Positions 60,721 through 64,000 of a stretch of DNA of 64,000 nucleotides are shown here, one piece after another. Below the pieces are notes generated by a model, which did not search any database, had not been told where the DNA came from, and was given only the letters and a program-made list of their open reading frames with translations. This DNA is from Alphaproteobacteria bacterium (lineage in GTDB: Bacteria; Pseudomonadota; Alphaproteobacteria; CALKHQ01). Location of the stretch: positions 256,001 to 320,000 of the forward strand of contig CBDDFZ010000001.1 in the NCBI GenBank assembly GCA_965227515.1, given 5' to 3'. A program made the position numbers and the translations under genes. Numbering within the stretch: position 1 is the first letter of the stretch; each line of letters starts with the position of its first letter.

Positions 60721-62226
60721 ATGGCGGGTCCACCGCAAACCGCCGCGCCGGCCGGGGCGCAAGACCTGTTGCCGGGGCGCTGGATCGCCCACTGCGCCCT
60801 GCTGATGGCCGCGTTCATGAACCTGGTCGACGTGACCATCGTCAACGTGGCGCTGCCGACCTTGCAGACGCACCTGAATGCCTCTCCGGCCGAGCTGGAA
60901 TGGCTGGTCGCCGCCTATGTGCTGGCATTCGCCGTCGGCCTGCTGCCGTTCGGCCGGCTTGGCGATATCGTCGGCCGGCGCCAGGTCTTTCTGTTCGGCG
61001 TGCTTGGCTTCACCGTCTTCTCGGTGATGTGCGGGGCGGCACCCAGCATCGGATGGCTGATCGCCGGCCGGGTGCTGCAAGGGCTGGCGGCAGCGGCTAT
61101 GATGCCGCAGACACTGGCCATCGCCCAGGTGATGTTCCCGCCGCAGGAACGCGGGCTGGCGTTCTCCCTGTTCGGTCTCAACGCCGGCATGGCCGCAGTC
61201 GCCGGGCCGCTGGTCGGCGGGCTGCTGATCGCCGCCGACCTGTTCGGCCTCGACTGGCGGCCGATATTCCTGGTCAACGTGCCCATCGGCATCATCGCGA
61301 TGATTGCCGGCCTGGCGTTGATTCCCAACATCCCGGGCCACCGGGGGCGGATCGACTGGATCGGCATTCCGCTCGGCGCAATTGCCGTGGTGTGCCTGGT
61401 ATTCCCCTTGGTCGAGGGGCGCGGCTTCGGCTGGCCAGTGTGGATATTCGTCATGCTGGCAGTGGCGCCGGTTGCGGCAACGGCCTTCGTGATGTGGCAG
61501 CATCGCCGCGCGCGGCTCGGCCTGCCGCAGTTGTTGCCGGTCGGCCTGTTGCACAATTCCAGCTATATGATCGGTGCCGCGATGACGACGGCGCTGTTCT
61601 CCGCCATGCCGAGCTTCTTCATGTCGTTCGCGATCTTCCTGCAGACCGGTTTCGGCTTCACCGCGTTCCAGTCCGGCTACACCACCGCACCGATGCCGGT
61701 CGGCATCTTTGTCGCCTCGCTGGTCGCCGGGCGCATCGGCAGCCGCGTGTTGCACGGCCGTGTCGCGTTCGGGGCCGTGGCCGTGCTGATCGGCTTCGTC
61801 TGGCTGCGCATCCTGATCGCCGACGTTACCGATAGCGTCAATCACTGGAGTGTGGCGCCGGCGCTGCTGGTGGTCGGTCTCGGCTTGGGCACGGCCATCG
61901 GGGCCATGTTCCAGATGGTGCTGGCGACCGTGCCCGACCGCGATGCCGGCTCGGGGTCCGGCGCGCTGCAATCGTTTCAGCAGGCGGGACTGGGGTTGGG
62001 CGTTGCGGTCGGCGGCGAGATCTTCTTTTCCACCATCGCCGCCAGCGAGGCCGGGCACCATGCCACCTACGTGAGCGCTCTGACCAACGAGATCATCTAC
62101 CAGTTCTGCGCCATGGCCGTGGTCTTGAGCCTGCTCGCGCTGATGTGGTGGCAGGCGAACCGCCGCGGGCCGAAAGAAAGGCAGGGCAGCGAAGGCCGCC
62201 CGACCGTGTCGGCGGTGGAGGCCTGA
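60721..62226 (+). CDS. MFS transporter, DHA2 (14-TM) family
   Basis: DVTIVNVALP, GRLGDIVGRR, WRPIFLVNVPIG. Confidence 0.92.
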   Translation: MAGPPQTAAPAGAQDLLPGRWIAHCALLMAAFMNLVDVTIVNVALPTLQTHLNASPAELEWLVAAYVLAFAVGLLPFGRLGDIVGRRQVFLFGVLGFTVFSVMCGAAPSIGWLIAGRVLQGLAAAAMMPQTLAIAQVMFPPQERGLAFSLFGLNAGMAAVAGPLVGGLLIAADLFGLDWRPIFLVNVPIGIIAMIAGLALIPNIPGHRGRIDWIGIPLGAIAVVCLVFPLVEGRGFGWPVWIFVMLAVAPVAATAFVMWQHRRARLGLPQLLPVGLLHNSSYMIGAAMTTALFSAMPSFFMSFAIFLQTGFGFTAFQSGYTTAPMPVGIFVASLVAGRIGSRVLHGRVAFGAVAVLIGFVWLRILIADVTDSVNHWSVAPALLVVGLGLGTAIGAMFQMVLATVPDRDAGSGSGALQSFQQAGLGLGVAVGGEIFFSTIAASEAGHHATYVSALTNEIIYQFCAMAVVLSLLALMWWQANRRGPKERQGSEGRPTVSAVEA

Positions 62227-62231
62227 GCGGC

Positions 62232-63137
62232 GTGGCTTCGATAACCGCACAGCCCACACTGTCGCTGGAAGACGTGCGGCTGAGCGTTGGGCAGGGGCGT
62301 ACGCGTACGACCATCCTGCGCGATGTCTCGCTGGACGTGCGACCCGGCGAGGTGGTCGGGCTGGTCGGCGAATCCGGCGCCGGCAAGACCATGATCGGCC
62401 GGCTGGTGCTGGGCCTGGAACCGAAGGCCGCCTACCTGGAGCACGGCACCGTCACATTCGAGGGCCTTGACCTGCTGGCCGACCATGGCCGCGCGCGGCA
62501 TGCCCTGCTCGGCAAGCGCATCGCCTTGATCCCGCAGGACCCGATGAGCGCGCTGAACCCGGTGCACCGCATCGAACGCCAGCTCTGTGACGTGCTGCGC
62601 ATGCACCTGGGGATGAACGCCGCCAAGGCCAGGGCCCGCGCCCTGGAGCTGCTGGACGCCGTGCACCTGCCGAACCCGGCGCGGGTGCTGCGCCAGTTCC
62701 CGCATGAGCTTTCCGGCGGCATGCGCCAGCGGGTGCTGATCGCCATCGCGTTTGCCTGCGACCCGGCGCTGATCATCGCCGACGAGCCGACGACGGCGCT
62801 GGACGTGACCGTGCAACGCCAGGTGCTGCGCCTGATCCGCGAGATGCAGCACCGGGCCGGCACAGCGATCCTGTTCGTCACCCACGACCTGGGCGTTGTC
62901 GCCAAGCTCGCCGACCGGGTGGTGGTGCTGCACGCCGGGCGGGTGCTGGAGACCGGTGCTACCGAAGACGTGCTCGCCAACCCGGCGCATGCCTACACCC
63001 GTGCCCTGCTTGCCGCCACGCCGCGCTTCGACCGCCCGGCCGACGCGCTGGTCCCGGTCAGCCCCGAACTCAACGCGCAATTGCTGGCCGAGGCGGCAGC
63101 CTCCGATGACGCATTCGTGCAATCCCTCCAGCAATGA
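62232..63137 (+). CDS. Peptide ABC transporter ATP-binding protein (DppD-like)
   Basis: GESGAGKT, PQDPMSALNP, PHELSGGMRQR, ADEPTTALD, HAYT; GTG start 62232. Confidence 0.92.
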   Translation: MASITAQPTLSLEDVRLSVGQGRTRTTILRDVSLDVRPGEVVGLVGESGAGKTMIGRLVLGLEPKAAYLEHGTVTFEGLDLLADHGRARHALLGKRIALIPQDPMSALNPVHRIERQLCDVLRMHLGMNAAKARARALELLDAVHLPNPARVLRQFPHELSGGMRQRVLIAIAFACDPALIIADEPTTALDVTVQRQVLRLIREMQHRAGTAILFVTHDLGVVAKLADRVVVLHAGRVLETGATEDVLANPAHAYTRALLAATPRFDRPADALVPVSPELNAQLLAEAAASDDAFVQSLQQ

Positions 63138-63193
63138 CTTCGCCGCTGACCGCTCATACATTGCGTTGACGATTTCCGCGTGAGGGCAGGCCG

Positions 63194-63670
63194 ATGAGCA
63201 CCGATACCCAGACCGCCATTTTTGCCGCCGGCTGTTTCTGGCACCCGGAGGCCGTATTCCGCCAGTTGGAAGGCGTGGTCGAGACCGAGGTCGGCTACAC
63301 CGGCGGGACGGCCCGGAACCCGACCTATGAGCAGGTCTGTTCCAGGACCACCGGCCATGCCGAGGCGGTGCGGGTGGTGTTCGACCCGGCGCGGGTCGGC
63401 TATGAGGAGCTGCTGGACGTGTTCTGGCAGATCCACGACCCGACCCAGTTGAACCGTCAGGGCCCGGATGTCGGCAGCCAATACCGCTCGGCGATCTTCA
63501 CCACCGACGACACGCAGCACGCGGCGGCAGAAGCTTCGATGGCCGCCAAGCAGAGGCATTTCGGCGGCGGCATCGTCACGGAAATCACCCCGGCGACCAC
63601 GTTCTGGCGCGCCGAGGAATATCACCAGCGTTACGAGGACAAGCAGCGCCGCCGCTTCGGGCTGCTTTGA
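63194..63670 (+). CDS. msrA: Peptide-methionine (S)-S-oxide reductase
   Basis: GCFW, GYTGG, PTYEQVC, GHAEAV, NRQGPD.G.QYRS, AEEYHQ.Y. Confidence 0.95.
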   Translation: MSTDTQTAIFAAGCFWHPEAVFRQLEGVVETEVGYTGGTARNPTYEQVCSRTTGHAEAVRVVFDPARVGYEELLDVFWQIHDPTQLNRQGPDVGSQYRSAIFTTDDTQHAAAEASMAAKQRHFGGGIVTEITPATTFWRAEEYHQRYEDKQRRRFGLL

Positions 63671-63693
63671 CCGGTTGCAACAAACAACCATCT

Positions 63694-63867
63694 GTCGTCC
63701 TCGCCCTTGTGGCGAGGACCCATCGTTGTCCAGAAACTCAACAGGTTGAGACGAATCGGCATCTGAACTGGCGGGCGGATGGATGCGACGGTTCACCCAT
63801 CCAGCTTCGAACGGCACTGGCCCGGACCGCCCCACAAATGGGTCCTCGGGACAAGCCCGAGGACGAC
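63694..63867. repeat. CGTC-type REP pair with long spacer
   Basis: GTCGTCCTCGCCCTTGTGGCGAGGACCCAT...ATGGGTCCTCGGGACAAGCCCGAGGACGAC. Confidence 0.7.
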
Positions 63868-63930
63868 AATGGTGTGTTTGTCGAGGAGTGTGATTCCGGT
63901 CGGCCCAAGGCCGAGGGTGGCAAGAGTTGC

Positions 63931-63999
63931 CTAACTACCGCCGTTGCCATCGCGCCGCTGGCGGAACGAGCGCCAGAAGTCGTAGATGGCGAGGCCCGC
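63931..63999 (-). CDS. C-terminal end of a gene entering from the right edge
   Basis: Reads AGLAIYDFWRSFRQRRDGNGGS* with GC3-rich codons. Confidence 0.4.
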   Translation of the reverse strand, partial: AGLAIYDFWRSFRQRRDGNGGS

Positions 64000-64000
64000 G

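Noticed and set aside
1-64000. CRISPR array, prophage, rRNA or tRNA genes, defence island
   Set aside because: No regularly spaced direct repeats and no phage, cas or defence genes were recognised. The only tRNA-like sequence is the tmRNA acceptor piece.

Overview
GC-rich chromosomal segment of an alphaproteobacterium, probably Rhodospirillales-like. This is supported by a two-piece permuted tmRNA next to alpha-type sspB, DUF1476, DUF4167, and the lysC-ptsP-rodZ-ispG-hisS-prfA-prmC block. Core genes (uvrC end, purB/C/S, sua5, ubiG, thyX, msrA) are interleaved with a carbohydrate island (about 9.6-24.4 kb), tandem PAS chemoreceptors, a Zur-box-controlled zrg-like zinc cluster, a betaine-type demethylation gene pair and a split dpp-type ABC operon. 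Several families of REP/MITE-like repeats are present. Main leads: (1) a ykkC-family riboswitch with subtype-2 (non-guanidine) features and an atypical P3, in front of an EamA transporter (42571-42719); (2) a sterol-desaturase-type di-iron oxygenase with MocE/MocF-like partners, linked to a PanB paralogue lacking its Mg ligands and a sugar ABC importer, a candidate methyl-sugar demethylation pathway; (3) an orphan, eroded T6SS sheath gene tssC; (4) an uncharacterised class I aldolase-like enzyme in a polyol cluster with a stranded operator pair; (5) a secreted laminin-IV-domain protein with 18-aa repeats. All family assignments are by-eye motif recognition; no database searches were run. No rRNA, tRNA, CRISPR array, transposase or prophage was seen.
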